Below, piece after piece: positions 17,746 to 27,967 of a DNA stretch of 64,000 nucleotides. A program made the translations under genes and the position numbers. Under the pieces are notes generated by a model. It was not told where the DNA came from, made no database searches, and was given only the letters and a program-made list of their open reading frames with translations. Position 1 is the first letter of the stretch. The number at the start of each line of letters is the position of its first letter. This stretch comes from an uncultured Verrucomicrobiae bacterium (GTDB lineage Bacteria; Verrucomicrobiota; Verrucomicrobiia; Limisphaerales; Palsa-1400), in the NCBI GenBank assembly GCA_963707025.1, contig CAVPOM010000016.1:124047-188046 (forward strand), written 5' to 3'.

Positions 17746-20646
17746 ATGAATGACTTGAACAATTCCCGAAATCTGGCGGCGCGTTCAGGCGCCGGTTGGT
17801 TCCGTGCATGTCGCGGCGTAGCTTCAGCGCGAAGCTGGATCCTGTTGCTGCTGGTCGGCTGGCTGGCCTTGGTGACGCCGCTGCGCGCGGATAATCCACC
17901 GACATTTTTGTTTGAGATTGATTCTTCTGCCGTGCCCGGCGGATTTAATCCCTGCGGCGTGGCGCTGGACAGCAGCAATAATGTGTATGTGACCGACGAC
18001 TTGAATAACCGAGTTGTAAAATTCACCGCCCGGGGCACGTATCTCACGCAATGGGGCAGTTCTGGCAGCGGCAACGGCCAGCTCGAAAATCCCCAAGGCA
18101 TTGCGGTGGACAAGAGCAACAATGTCTATGTGGCCGATTCGGGCAATAAACGCATAGAGAAGTTCGATAGCGGCGGGAACTATCTTACGCAATGGGGAAG
18201 CAGCGGCAGCGGCAACGGCCAGTTCGCGGGTCCCAATGGCGTTGCGGTGGACGGCGGCAACAACGTGTATGTCACCGACAACTACAACCATCGCATCGAG
18301 AAGTTCGATGCCAACGGTTCGTATCTGACACAATGGGGCAGTGATGGCACCGGCTTCGGCCAATTCGCTGATCTGGAAGGTATTGCGGTGGACAGCAGCA
18401 GCAACGTTTATGTGGCCGACGGCAGCAACAACCGCGTTGAGAAGTTCGACAGCAATGGCGGCTATCTGACGCAGTGGGGCGGTAACGGAACCAACAACGG
18501 CCAGTTCAATGGCCCCGCAGGCATTGCGGTGGACAGCAGCAACAATGTCTATGTGATTGATAGCGGCAACTACCGCGTTGAGAAATTCGCCACCAATGGC
18601 AACTATCTGGCGCAATGGGGCAGTTTTGGAAACGGCAACGGCCAGTTCTTGTATCTTGCCGGCATTGCGGCGGACAGCACCGGGAACTATATTTATGTGG
18701 CTGATTTTGACTATAATAACGAAATTGCAATCGGTCGGATTCAGATTTTCGTCAATAATGCGAACATCGTCCCGCCCGTTATTACCAACCAGCCTGTGAG
18801 CCAAACTGTTCCGGCGGGAATCAATGTCACTTTTAATATCAGCGTTGTTGGGGCAGCGCCATTGGCCTACGAGTGGATCTCCAATAATATCGCCGTGGCC
18901 GACGCAACCAACGCCACTTTAACGCTGAGCAACGTCAGTCTCTCCGCCTCCGGCGCTTATTCCGTGACGGTTACCAACAACTTTGGCAGCGAGTGGAGCA
19001 GCGATGCTGCGCTCACCGTTTTGCCAGCCTTGGTGACGACGCTGCCGGCCAGCGGCCTTTCCGCCACTGGCGCGGTGCTGAACGGTTCGGTAACGGTCGG
19101 CCCGGAAGAAACGGTCGTCTGGTTTGATTGGGGCACCGATACCAATTATGGGAATATCGCCGGAGCGGCCGTCGTGCCGGGCAACAATGGAAGCAACAAT
19201 GTCAGCGCGGCGTTGAATGGATTAAGCGGGAATTTCTATCACTGCCGGCTCGATGCCGCGAATGATTTTGGAATTGTTTATGGCGACGACCAAGTGTTCA
19301 CCGTCGGCTTCATTCCCAGCGCAACGACGCTTCCCCCGACGAATGGTGCGAATGGCGCGACCTTGGAGGCCGTTGTCAACCCAGAAGGATGGGACACGAC
19401 AGTTTATTTTAAATGGGAAACTCCGACCCTTACCAATACAACACCCAGCATGGATATAGGCGCCGGTGCCGCGTCGTTGAATGTCAGCAGTTTCGTCCCC
19501 GGCCTGGCTTCGTCCACACCCTACAAATACCAGATAGTGGCTTGGAATGCTCTGGGCGGAGCAGTTGGGAAGGCCGCCTTCGGGGACCCGGACCAACACC
19601 ATTACTTCTTCAGTGGGGCGGAGACGAATATCACTCTGAGCCCAGGCACTTACATTATCACTGCTTACGGCGCTCCGGGCGGCGACAGTTACAATAGCAG
19701 CTACCGCTACTCTGCTGGCGGCAGCGGAGCCGAAATGAGCGGGGAATTTATCTTCTCAACGTCCACGACCCTCACGCTCCAGGTGGGTGGCGCAGGGGGC
19801 GGCTACTACAACTACTACGGAGGAGGAGGAGGAGGAGGAGGCAGCTTTGTTGTCGAAGGCAGCAGACCGCTGGTCATCGCAGGCGGTGGCGGCGGCGGCG
19901 GCGACTACTACGGCATCGTAGGCAACGGCAACGTCAGCACCAACGGCGGCGGAGGGGGCGGCTACTACTACCACTACGGCGCTGGCGCTGGCGGCGCTGG
20001 CGGCACTAACGGTGGCGGCGGCGGCATCGGCATCGGCATGGGCTACTTCGGTGCCGGCTTTGGCCCCAACTACATCTACGGCGGCGGCGGCGGCGGCGGA
20101 TTCCTAGGCGACGGCGAACTCCCTGGCATCGGTGGTTCTAGTTTTGAAAACGGCGGCATGGGCGGCGGCGTCGGTTACTATGACGCCGGCGGCGGCTTCG
20201 GCGGCGGCGGCGGCGGTGGTGACGACGGTGCCCCTGGCGGTGGCGGCGGCTATAGCGGCGGTGGTGGTGGCGGCTATTATGGCCGCTACCAACCAGGCTA
20301 CGGCGGCGGTGGGGGCTCAATCATTGACTCAACTGCAATAGTGAATCTCGCCGAGGTTTCCCCCACTTACAGCCCAGACGACCCAGCCAATGGCGAGATT
20401 ATTATTACCGCAGTTCCCACACCCCTAGTCATCACCACCCACGCGGCGCTTGGCTTCACGAACGGAGCGTTTGGCTTTAGCGTGATCGGCCCGTCCGGCT
20501 CCAACCTGGTCATTCAGGCCAGCACGGACCTGCAAACCTGGATTCCGCTGCAAACCAATCTGCTCGGGAGCGGGCCGTTCTATTTCTCCGATTCAAACTC
20601 CCCCGCCAACGTCCGGCGTTTCTACCGCACCAAAATATCGCCCTAA
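17746..20646 (+). CDS. Secreted protein: NHL beta-propeller, Ig-like domain, fibronectin-like domains, glycine-rich (ALK/LTK-like) domain, C-terminal domain
   Basis: Signal peptide ending LRA-DN; six repeats P.GIAVDSSNNVYV.D..N.RVEKF; PPVITNQPVSQTV...GAYSVTVTN; YIITAYGAPGG...PLVIAGGGGGGG; QASTDLQTW...RRFYR. Confidence 0.88.
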   Translation: MNDLNNSRNLAARSGAGWFRACRGVASARSWILLLLVGWLALVTPLRADNPPTFLFEIDSSAVPGGFNPCGVALDSSNNVYVTDDLNNRVVKFTARGTYLTQWGSSGSGNGQLENPQGIAVDKSNNVYVADSGNKRIEKFDSGGNYLTQWGSSGSGNGQFAGPNGVAVDGGNNVYVTDNYNHRIEKFDANGSYLTQWGSDGTGFGQFADLEGIAVDSSSNVYVADGSNNRVEKFDSNGGYLTQWGGNGTNNGQFNGPAGIAVDSSNNVYVIDSGNYRVEKFATNGNYLAQWGSFGNGNGQFLYLAGIAADSTGNYIYVADFDYNNEIAIGRIQIFVNNANIVPPVITNQPVSQTVPAGINVTFNISVVGAAPLAYEWISNNIAVADATNATLTLSNVSLSASGAYSVTVTNNFGSEWSSDAALTVLPALVTTLPASGLSATGAVLNGSVTVGPEETVVWFDWGTDTNYGNIAGAAVVPGNNGSNNVSAALNGLSGNFYHCRLDAANDFGIVYGDDQVFTVGFIPSATTLPPTNGANGATLEAVVNPEGWDTTVYFKWETPTLTNTTPSMDIGAGAASLNVSSFVPGLASSTPYKYQIVAWNALGGAVGKAAFGDPDQHHYFFSGAETNITLSPGTYIITAYGAPGGDSYNSSYRYSAGGSGAEMSGEFIFSTSTTLTLQVGGAGGGYYNYYGGGGGGGGSFVVEGSRPLVIAGGGGGGGDYYGIVGNGNVSTNGGGGGGYYYHYGAGAGGAGGTNGGGGGIGIGMGYFGAGFGPNYIYGGGGGGGFLGDGELPGIGGSSFENGGMGGGVGYYDAGGGFGGGGGGGDDGAPGGGGGYSGGGGGGYYGRYQPGYGGGGGSIIDSTAIVNLAEVSPTYSPDDPANGEIIITAVPTPLVITTHAALGFTNGAFGFSVIGPSGSNLVIQASTDLQTWIPLQTNLLGSGPFYFSDSNSPANVRRFYRTKISP

Positions 20647-20712
20647 AGCCTGATGTTCTGATGTTGCTCGGGTTCGTACAATGAAAATGAATTTCAACAA
20701 AAAGGCTCCATT

Positions 20713-20945
20713 ATGATTGATCCGAATCCTTCCCGAAATCTGGCGGTGCGCCCGAATGCGGCAGGCTCGCTCTGGCTCCTGTCATTGATGGTCTGTTGCG
20801 CCGCCGCACCCCTTGCCACCCGCGCCGCCACGCTCTACGTCTGGCTGGGCAGCCCAAGTCCGGAGCCACCGTATGGCGACTAGGGCGGACCGCCTGGCGG
20901 CGAGGTGGCGCAGAGCACGCTGAACAACTGCATCGTCAATTGCCG
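20713..20945 (+). pseudogene. Remnant of a secreted protein gene
   Basis: MIDPNPSRNLAVR...LATRAATLYVWLGSPSPEPPYGD* then GG..QSTLNNCIV; leader DNA ttcccgaaatctggcgg is shared with the 17746 gene. Confidence 0.6.
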
Positions 20946-21725
20946 CTATAACAAGGCCAGTTGCCGCTGGTTCTTGCCTTTCTGCCTATGCCGTTCGGAG
21001 AACTCATTGAGAAGTTCCAATTCTCGTTCGATCACGGTGCGCTCAAACGGATGCGTCCGGGCCGTAAACTGCGATTGCAGCCAGAGCACCAAACCGTCTT
21101 GTGCTTCCCAAATGAATGCGGCCAGTGCCTTGGCAACTTCTCTCGCTGAATTGCCAAAATGGATCGCCGCCTGTTCCGCAAACCTGCCCTGTGCCCAACC
21201 TGCCGGAAGTTCGCCGAAGGCACGGCTTGGATTTATGGCCAGCCACAACAGACAAGCCAGCGTCCTGTGCAGATGACGCGCCTGGCCGCCCAGAGGCCCA
21301 TAGCGTTGCCAGCCTGGCTCCGGCACGTCCGTTACGGCCAGTTCCAATCGTTCCTCCACCTGCCGCCAAACCAGGAATCTTGTTTTCCCCGGCCAGACCC
21401 CGGCCCGATTGAACGGGGGCTTGAGCGAACGGAGAAGTTTGGATTCAAGCCGGAGGGCGGCTGATTCACCGGGGCAAAACTGAAACTCGATTCGCGCCAC
21501 TTCCCGGACCATTCTGAGATGGCGCCGGGGCATCCGGTCGGGATTGGCCAGCCGATAGTATTGCAGGCGTTGCTTAAGATTCCTGGCCTTGCCCACATAG
21601 AGCACCTGGTCCGCTGCGTCGCGCATCAGATACACACCCGGGTGTTGAGGAGCCTCACGGAAGAACCTTTGGCCCAACTGTTGGTCAAGCGGTTTCGGGT
21701 CGGGAATAAGGAGCAACTGGCTCAT
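20946..21725 (-). CDS. GIY-YIG nuclease (UvrC N-terminal-like)
   Basis: PQHPGVYLMRD...VLYVGKARNLKQRLQYY...ALRLESKLL..LKPPFN. Confidence 0.85.
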   Translation of the reverse strand: MSQLLLIPDPKPLDQQLGQRFFREAPQHPGVYLMRDAADQVLYVGKARNLKQRLQYYRLANPDRMPRRHLRMVREVARIEFQFCPGESAALRLESKLLRSLKPPFNRAGVWPGKTRFLVWRQVEERLELAVTDVPEPGWQRYGPLGGQARHLHRTLACLLWLAINPSRAFGELPAGWAQGRFAEQAAIHFGNSAREVAKALAAFIWEAQDGLVLWLQSQFTARTHPFERTVIERELELLNEFSERHRQKGKNQRQLALL

Positions 21726-21926
21726 GGTTCGACTCCGTTTTTAGCCCAAGGCGCCGGGCAGTTCCAGCGAAAACTAATTGCCGTGGGCGGCGAAAAGCAA
21801 GGCGTCATCCCTCCGCCGTCAAAGCCCGTGCCGCGGCCGTTGCGGTTTTGGGGGGAGGCCGCCGGCATAACAGGTGCGAGCTGCACAGAGATTGACACTC
21901 CTCCGCCACCAGTTAAGGTGCTGGAT

Positions 21927-23018
21927 ATGACTACTAAGATCAACCGCCGAACCACCCTCGTTTTGGGCGCGGCAGTCATCGCGCTGCTCCCAGCCATGGT
22001 CGTGGCCCAAGTCCCGGCCGACCTTGCGTCCAAGAAAGACTTCTCGGCCGGGCGAGCTTCGAGCACCGACCCCAACGGACGAAACGGCGACTCCCGGCGC
22101 ATCAATCCCGGCCAGACCCTCACGCTGATGGATGTCAAAGGCAGCGGACGGGTCACGCACATTTGGTTTACCATCAATTCACCTTCCCCGGAACACCTGC
22201 GGGAACTGGTGCTGCGCATGACCTGGGACGACGCGGCCCGTCCGGCGGTGGAGTGCCCGGTCGGCGACTTTTTCGCCCAAGGACACGGGAAGTATGTCGA
22301 GTTCCAGAGTGCGGCCGTGGTGGTCGGCGCGCGCAATGCCCTGAACTGTTACTGGCCGATGCCCTTCAAAAAGCATGCCGTGCTCACGGTGGCCAACGAG
22401 GGCGAGCGAGGTGTGAATAATTTTTATTTCAACATTGACTATCGGTTGGAACAGGATCCACAACCGGAGGCGCGCTATTTTCACACCCAGTATCGCACCT
22501 ACTTTCCCGCCCCCGTCGGCCAGCCGCTGACGATATGCGAGACCAAGGGCGCCGGCCATTTCGTGGGCACCTTCATCTCGGTGATGGCCAGCAGCGACGG
22601 CTGGTGGGGCGAGGGCAATGATTACTGGCATGTGGACGGTTCGGAGAAACCGGTCATTAGCGGCACGGGGAGCGAGGACTACTTCTGCGGCGCGTGGGAT
22701 TTTGGCCGGGCGTTTTGGAACCCCTATTTCGGCGTGCCCTACTACGACAACGCGGGCAAAGGCGGCGAGAAACGAGGCATCTTGAACACCTGCTACCGTT
22801 GGCACATCCAGGACCCTGTGCCGTTCAAACGGAGTCTCCTCTTTACGCTGGAACACGGGCGGAGCGGTTGGGACGAAAACCGCAAACCGTTTCCGAACCA
22901 TTACACCACGCTCGGTTTCTACTACCTGGACAATCCGGAAGGCGATGGCCCGCCCATCCCTGCCCTCAAGGACCGCATTCCGGTGCTCATACCCCTTCCG
23001 CTTGAACAACCGAAATAG
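21927..23018 (+). CDS. DUF2961 / GH172-family glycoside hydrolase, secreted
   Basis: Signal peptide; RASSTDPNGRNGD, THIWFT, PVGDFF, NCYWPMPF, WWGEGND, GTGSEDYF, YRWHIQDP. Confidence 0.88.
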   Translation: MTTKINRRTTLVLGAAVIALLPAMVVAQVPADLASKKDFSAGRASSTDPNGRNGDSRRINPGQTLTLMDVKGSGRVTHIWFTINSPSPEHLRELVLRMTWDDAARPAVECPVGDFFAQGHGKYVEFQSAAVVVGARNALNCYWPMPFKKHAVLTVANEGERGVNNFYFNIDYRLEQDPQPEARYFHTQYRTYFPAPVGQPLTICETKGAGHFVGTFISVMASSDGWWGEGNDYWHVDGSEKPVISGTGSEDYFCGAWDFGRAFWNPYFGVPYYDNAGKGGEKRGILNTCYRWHIQDPVPFKRSLLFTLEHGRSGWDENRKPFPNHYTTLGFYYLDNPEGDGPPIPALKDRIPVLIPLPLEQPK

Positions 23019-23026
23019 AACCATGA

Positions 23027-23230
23027 GTGAAAACTGATTCTCCCTTGCGCGAAAACTTCTGCCCGGACTGCAAAGACGAGGGCGAGGTGGTTGCTTCCTG
23101 GGGCGAGGCTCGGTTGGTCAAGTCCTCGGACGGCAAACTGGAACGGAAAGAAGGATCGAAGGAGGAACACGTGGAGGCGAGGGAATGGATTTCGATGTTC
23201 CGGCATGAGGCGGTGGTCATGGAGGTTTGA
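23027..23230 (+). CDS. Small hypothetical protein
   Basis: 67 aa with CPDC; C-terminus EAREWISMFRHEAVV has a paralogous fragment near 25356-25410. Confidence 0.5.
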   Translation: MKTDSPLRENFCPDCKDEGEVVASWGEARLVKSSDGKLERKEGSKEEHVEAREWISMFRHEAVVMEV

Positions 23231-23384
23231 TGAATTGCCGACAACGATTCAAACGTCGAATCGAATGTCCTGTGCGGCCGCGGAATTCACGATATCATCG
23301 GCGCCTGCTGCGGGAGCACGCCGGAGCGTACACGGGCGATTCGGGTGATCGTGGACTGCTTCAATCAAGCAGGCAGACAAAACA

Positions 23385-24387
23385 ATGAACTCGCGAGAAC
23401 GCGTGCTCAATCTGATGGAGGGCAAAGCGGTGGACCGCCCCCCGGCCATGCCCATCACCATGATGTGGAGCGCCGATTTGATCGGCGTCAGTTACCGCGA
23501 CTACGCGACGCGCGCCCCAATCCAGGCGGCCGGCCAATGCGCCGCCGCGGGCCAGTTTGGTTTTGACCATGTTCTCGGTCATTTCCGACCCGTGCTGCGA
23601 AGCAGCCGACTTGGGGGCGGACATCTTTTATCCTCCGGACGCCCCGCCCGCCATCATTGAGAAGAACGCTTTGCTGGCCGACCCCGCCGCTTTGGGCGCC
23701 TTGCGTGTTCCCGACCCGCACCGCCCTGGCAGCCGCATGGCCAACCGCATTGCGGCCGTGCGCCTTCTGCGCCATCAACTCGGCGGCACGCACCTGATCG
23801 AGGGCTGGGTGGAAGGGCCATGCGCCGAAAGCGCCGACTTGCGAGGCATCAACACCATCATGATGGACTACTACGACGATCCGGATTTCGCCCACGTTTT
23901 GGCGGAGTTCACCGTGAAGGTCGCTTTGAGATTTGCCGCCGCGCAGATCGGGGCCGGGGCGGACATCATCGGCGTGGGCGACGCCGCCGCCTCGCTGATC
24001 AACCGCAAGCTTTACGATCAGTTTGTCCTGCCGCACGAGAAGCAACTGGTGGACGGGATTCACGCCGCGGGCGGCCGGGTGCGGCTGCATATCTGCGGGC
24101 GCACGCAGCATCTGGCGGCTGCCATGGCAACGCTGGGTTGCGAGATCGTGGATTTGGACAGCATGGTGGACCTGCGCGCGGCCCGGGCCGAGATGGGCGG
24201 CCGCCAAGTGCTGCTGGGCAACGTGCATCCGGTCAACGCGGTCAAGAACGGCACGCCGGAGGACGTGAGCCAGGCGCTGGCCAAATGCCGCGCCGAGGCC
24301 GGGCCGGCCTGGATCGCCGGGGCGGGCTGCGAAGTGCCCCGGCATTCCCCGGCGGATAACGTGCGCCGTTTCACCCAAGTGGTTTGA
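23385..24387 (+). pseudogene. Uroporphyrinogen-decarboxylase-fold methyltransferase (MtaA/CmuA-like), one frameshift near 23573
   Basis: MNSRERVL...VDRPPAMPI joins SVISDPCCEAADLGA...EGP...GADIIGVGD...LHICG...LLGNV...GAGCEVP if one base is removed from gaccatgttctcg; may be a sequencing error. Confidence 0.8.
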
Positions 24388-24399
24388 ACCGGCTTTCCG

Positions 24400-25035
24400 T
24401 CAAGCCTTGCCTTGCAGCAGCGCCAAGGCCGCGTCCACCGCGCTGCCCGCGTCCGGCGCATAGCCGTCCGCGCCGATTTCACGGGCAAACTGCGGCGTGA
24501 TGGGCGCGCCGCCGATCAGCACCTTGACCGCCGGCCCCGTGTCGCGGATGGCCTTGACAATGTCGCGCATGGCGGGCATGGTCGTGGTCAGCAGCGCCGA
24601 CAAACCCACCAGGCTGGGTTGGTGTTGTTTGACAGCTTCGACAAACCGGGCCGCCGGCACGTTGACCCCAAGGTCAATCACCTCGATGTTCGCCCCCTTC
24701 CACATCATGGCCACCAGGTTCTTGCCAATGTCGTGCAAGTCGCCTTCCACCGTGCCGATGACCGCGCTGTGTTCGGGCCTCACACCGGCAGCCGCGAGCA
24801 GCGGCTCCAATATTTTGAGCGCCTCCTTCATCGCGCGGGCGGCGATGAGCATATCGGGGACGAAGAACTCGTTGCGCTTGAACTTCTCCCCGACCGCCGC
24901 CATGCCGGGCACGAGGCGGTTTTCAACGATGTCGCCCGCCTTCTCCCCGGCATCGAGGCACTGTTGGATGAGGCCGGCAACGTCTTTGCGTCGTCCGGCT
25001 ATAATGGCCTGCGCGAGCGGATGGTCTTCGTTCAT
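24400..25035 (-). CDS. Corrinoid (B12-binding) methyltransferase protein
   Basis: GTVEGDLHDIGKNLV (DxHxxG), DLGVNV, SALLTTTM, GGAP, IGADGY; cap domain FVPDMLIAARAM. Confidence 0.92.
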   Translation of the reverse strand: MNEDHPLAQAIIAGRRKDVAGLIQQCLDAGEKAGDIVENRLVPGMAAVGEKFKRNEFFVPDMLIAARAMKEALKILEPLLAAAGVRPEHSAVIGTVEGDLHDIGKNLVAMMWKGANIEVIDLGVNVPAARFVEAVKQHQPSLVGLSALLTTTMPAMRDIVKAIRDTGPAVKVLIGGAPITPQFAREIGADGYAPDAGSAVDAALALLQGKA

Positions 25036-25557
25036 ACCAAGGAGAAGGTTGGCGCTGTGCGGTGATCAGGTCTTGTAACCCGGTCATGGGGCCGGTGCTC
25101 CGGCAGCCGGATGGCGGGTAAATTGTTCATGGCGGCATTAGAGGCCCGCTGTAACGATCCTCGAAGCCGTCGGCGAGGTTGATCTCGATGACCTCGACCT
25201 GCGCGCGCAGCCAGTGTGATGGAGGCCGCCCGCAGCGGCCGGTTGGCGTCTGAAGCAGCCGCCGTGCAGCCCTCCAAGACCAGCGAAAGCAACCGCGTCG
25301 CCAACAGGGGTTTCATGCCTCGGTGCTTACCATGCTTGCGCCGACATCGCAAGAGGGGAGAAGCCAGGGAGTGGCTCTCCCTGTTCTGGCATGAGGCGGT
25401 GGTGGCATTTCAAAGCAGAGAATCCTGGAATGATCGCAACTTTGTGGAGAGGCCGAAAGGTTGGAAGTTGAGCGTCAACTCTCAATAGGCCGCCAACTTC
25501 GCAGAACTATATTGTCGCGACTGGTTTTAACCTGGCTGCTCGCATTTATTTGGCCGA

Positions 25558-26235
25558 ATGAACCAAACTCTCTCGCGAAATCTCCTGCTTCCGCTGTTAG
25601 CCTTGTGGCAACTGGCCGCGGCACATGCGCCCGCCCAAACGACCAATTCCCGGCCCTTTGAAGCGGAAATCCTGGCCTTCGAAGCGGCGGACAAAACCAA
25701 CCCGCCGCCGCACGGCGCCATTTTGTTCACCGGCTCTTCCAGCATCCGCAGGTGGACCACGCTGGCGCAGGACTTTAAAGGGCACAAAGTCATCAATCGG
25801 GGGTTTGGCGGGTCCCAAATCAGCGACGCGGTTTATTACGCCGACCGCATCGTCATTCCTTACCGGCCGCAGAGGATTGTGTTTTTCGCCGGCTCGAATG
25901 ACCTTGATGCCGGGAAAACCCCGGAGCAGGTTTTCAAGGATTTCAAAGCCTTGGTGCAAAAGGTCCGCCTGGCGTTGCCCAAAGTCGAGATGGATTACCT
26001 CTCCATCACCACCAGCCCGTTGCGCTGGCATGAGGTGGAACAGGTCAAGAAGGCCAATGACCTCATTTCCTCCTGGATAATCGGGCAGGACCATCTCACT
26101 TTCATCAATGTGTTCCCCGCCACGCTGGGAGAGGACGGCCAGCCCAAGCCTGAGTTTTTCCTCGCGGACAGGCTCCACATGAATGCGAAGGGCTACGCCC
26201 TCTGGACCAAGATAATTGAGCCTTATTTGAAGTGA
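25558..26235 (+). CDS. SGNH/GDSL hydrolase, secreted
   Basis: FTGSSSI, NRGFGGS, AGSNDL, DRLH. Confidence 0.88.
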   Translation: MNQTLSRNLLLPLLALWQLAAAHAPAQTTNSRPFEAEILAFEAADKTNPPPHGAILFTGSSSIRRWTTLAQDFKGHKVINRGFGGSQISDAVYYADRIVIPYRPQRIVFFAGSNDLDAGKTPEQVFKDFKALVQKVRLALPKVEMDYLSITTSPLRWHEVEQVKKANDLISSWIIGQDHLTFINVFPATLGEDGQPKPEFFLADRLHMNAKGYALWTKIIEPYLK

Positions 26236-26272
26236 AAAGCACCACCTTTGCGCTGCCGGTCCATCCAGCCTT

Positions 26273-27946
26273 TCACGGCTTTGCCGGTATCGCTGGCGCA
26301 AGTCCAGCCCGCCAAGTCGCATAACGCTGCAGCACCGCTTGTGGGGCGCCGTTGTACCAACTGTACCCGCGGCGGCGTTCCACCGAGATTTCGCTCATGG
26401 CGTCGTGAATGGTCTTGTCGCGGTCCCCGAAGAGCGGCCGATCTGTGCCAATCTCGGCAAAGCGCGGCCAGATCGGTCCAGCTCCGGGGGCGGCTTCCAG
26501 CACCCGCCCTTCGCTGGGAGAAACGCGGACCGCCATGCCATAGATGGCGGTCTTCTTGAGCCAGGCGGCGGCGCCGTCCACCGACGCGATCATCGCGGCG
26601 TCCGGGTTGGGCAGCGACATGAGAAAGCTCATCACCTGGGCGCTTTCCGAGCTGACTGCGGCGGGCATTTCGTAATTGCGCCCGGAAGCGGGCGTCAAGG
26701 TCAGCGCGTTGTGCTGTTGACACCAAACCGTCAGCCGCCCTTGCACACGAATTTGCGCGGCCAGGGTGCATTGGACGCCCCGGTCCAAACTGTCCTTGGC
26801 CAGATGGCGGGTTTGCACCGGCACGAAGGCAAATTCATTTTGCCCGCCGCCGATGTCGCGTAATAATTCCATGGTGTGGAGCACCGCTCCATCATTAAAT
26901 GTGACAGTATCATGGTAGCCGCCTTGCAGCGGCCAGACTTGCGGCCAGCCACCGTTGGGGAATTGCGCCGCCAGAATGTAATCCACGCCGCGCAAAAATG
27001 AGGCCCGCCATTTTTTGGCCTGATCCGGCGAACCGGGCATGGCGGTCTTGGCGAGGAAGCGCATTTGCGTGGTGGTGGCGTCGTTGTCGAACGTCCCCAC
27101 GTAATCCCAATTGGTATCGCGGGGCAGGTCGAAATCCGTGGGATTGCTGAAGCGCGAAAGATTATTGGGGGCAAAATGCCCGCCGGGAGCGCGCGGGCCG
27201 CGGGAAAAGTCGAGGTTCTTGCTCCAGCCGCCTGCCGGGGTCTGGAAGGAAACAACATTGTCGGCCAGAAATTGGGCGTTGCTCGCGCCGTACCAGGCGG
27301 CGTCTCGATTGAGTGGAAGGCTGCGCGCGGAACCGCCGGAGGGAGGCAGGACTGCTTCTTTTAAGCCTGACTGTTTCAACTCCCTGGCCAGAAAGTCCTG
27401 GTCCGCGCGCATCTGCCGGTTGGAGCGATCGAGATATTCTTTCCAGGCGCCTTGTTGCGCCGGCGGCAGGGTGGCGATGGTGGCGGGCGCGATTTCCTGC
27501 GCCGGGGTGTTGGTGCCGACGATGGCGGCGGGCAGAGGCGGTGCGGCCAGCCACATCGCGGCGCTCGCGAGAGCGCCGACTGAAGCCGCGTGCAACCAGC
27601 GGACGACAAATGCGGTTCGGCATCTCCAACGGCCCACGGCAAAAAGTCCATCGCCAAGGGACAAACACCCGGCCGGATTTCCCGAAGAACCTATTGACGT
27701 CCAGCAAGGACGGTCAAATGCCAACTGGGGTCGGCTCCCTTTTCCCCGCAACGCCGGGAGAGGGATAGGCAGAGGGGCCCGATGGCGCTGAATCCGTGAG
27801 TTTGTCTTCGCCTCGTTTTGCGAAAACCCCTCTCTCCGGCTCTCTCCCCGCCGGCGGGGAGAGAGGGAAGAAATCGGCGCAATGTTAGTTGGACGCAAAT
27901 GCGACGGCCAGGGAGCGAAAGCCCTGAATGAGGTTTTTGCGTTCAT
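26273..27946 (-). CDS. Pectate lyase, PL10 (PelA-like); true start uncertain
   Basis: FQTPAGGWSKN, GTFDNDAT, AQFPNGGWPQ, TFNDGA, WCQQH, RNYE, WPRF, ERRRGYSW; the 5' region contains a palindromic element. Confidence 0.88.
   Translation of the reverse strand: MNAKTSFRAFAPWPSHLRPTNIAPISSLSPRRRGESRREGFSQNEAKTNSRIQRHRAPLPIPLPALRGKGSRPQLAFDRPCWTSIGSSGNPAGCLSLGDGLFAVGRWRCRTAFVVRWLHAASVGALASAAMWLAAPPLPAAIVGTNTPAQEIAPATIATLPPAQQGAWKEYLDRSNRQMRADQDFLARELKQSGLKEAVLPPSGGSARSLPLNRDAAWYGASNAQFLADNVVSFQTPAGGWSKNLDFSRGPRAPGGHFAPNNLSRFSNPTDFDLPRDTNWDYVGTFDNDATTTQMRFLAKTAMPGSPDQAKKWRASFLRGVDYILAAQFPNGGWPQVWPLQGGYHDTVTFNDGAVLHTMELLRDIGGGQNEFAFVPVQTRHLAKDSLDRGVQCTLAAQIRVQGRLTVWCQQHNALTLTPASGRNYEMPAAVSSESAQVMSFLMSLPNPDAAMIASVDGAAAWLKKTAIYGMAVRVSPSEGRVLEAAPGAGPIWPRFAEIGTDRPLFGDRDKTIHDAMSEISVERRRGYSWYNGAPQAVLQRYATWRAGLAPAIPAKP
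27735..27867. repeat. REP-like paired palindromic element
   Basis: ctcccttttccccgcaacgccgggagagggataggcagagggg and cccctctctccggctctctccccgccggcggggagagaggg form an inverted pair, each with its own hairpin. Confidence 0.7.
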
Positions 27947-27967
27947 AAAATATTCTCAAGGCCCTTT

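Noticed and set aside
14040..18700. CRISPR array or diversity-generating retroelement repeats
   Set aside because: Repeats are in-frame WD40 and NHL coding units; no spacers, cas genes or reverse transcriptase in the window
21519..21926. N-terminal extension of the 499-aa ORF
   Set aside because: Overlaps the GIY-YIG gene on the other strand; the signal peptide begins at ATG 21927
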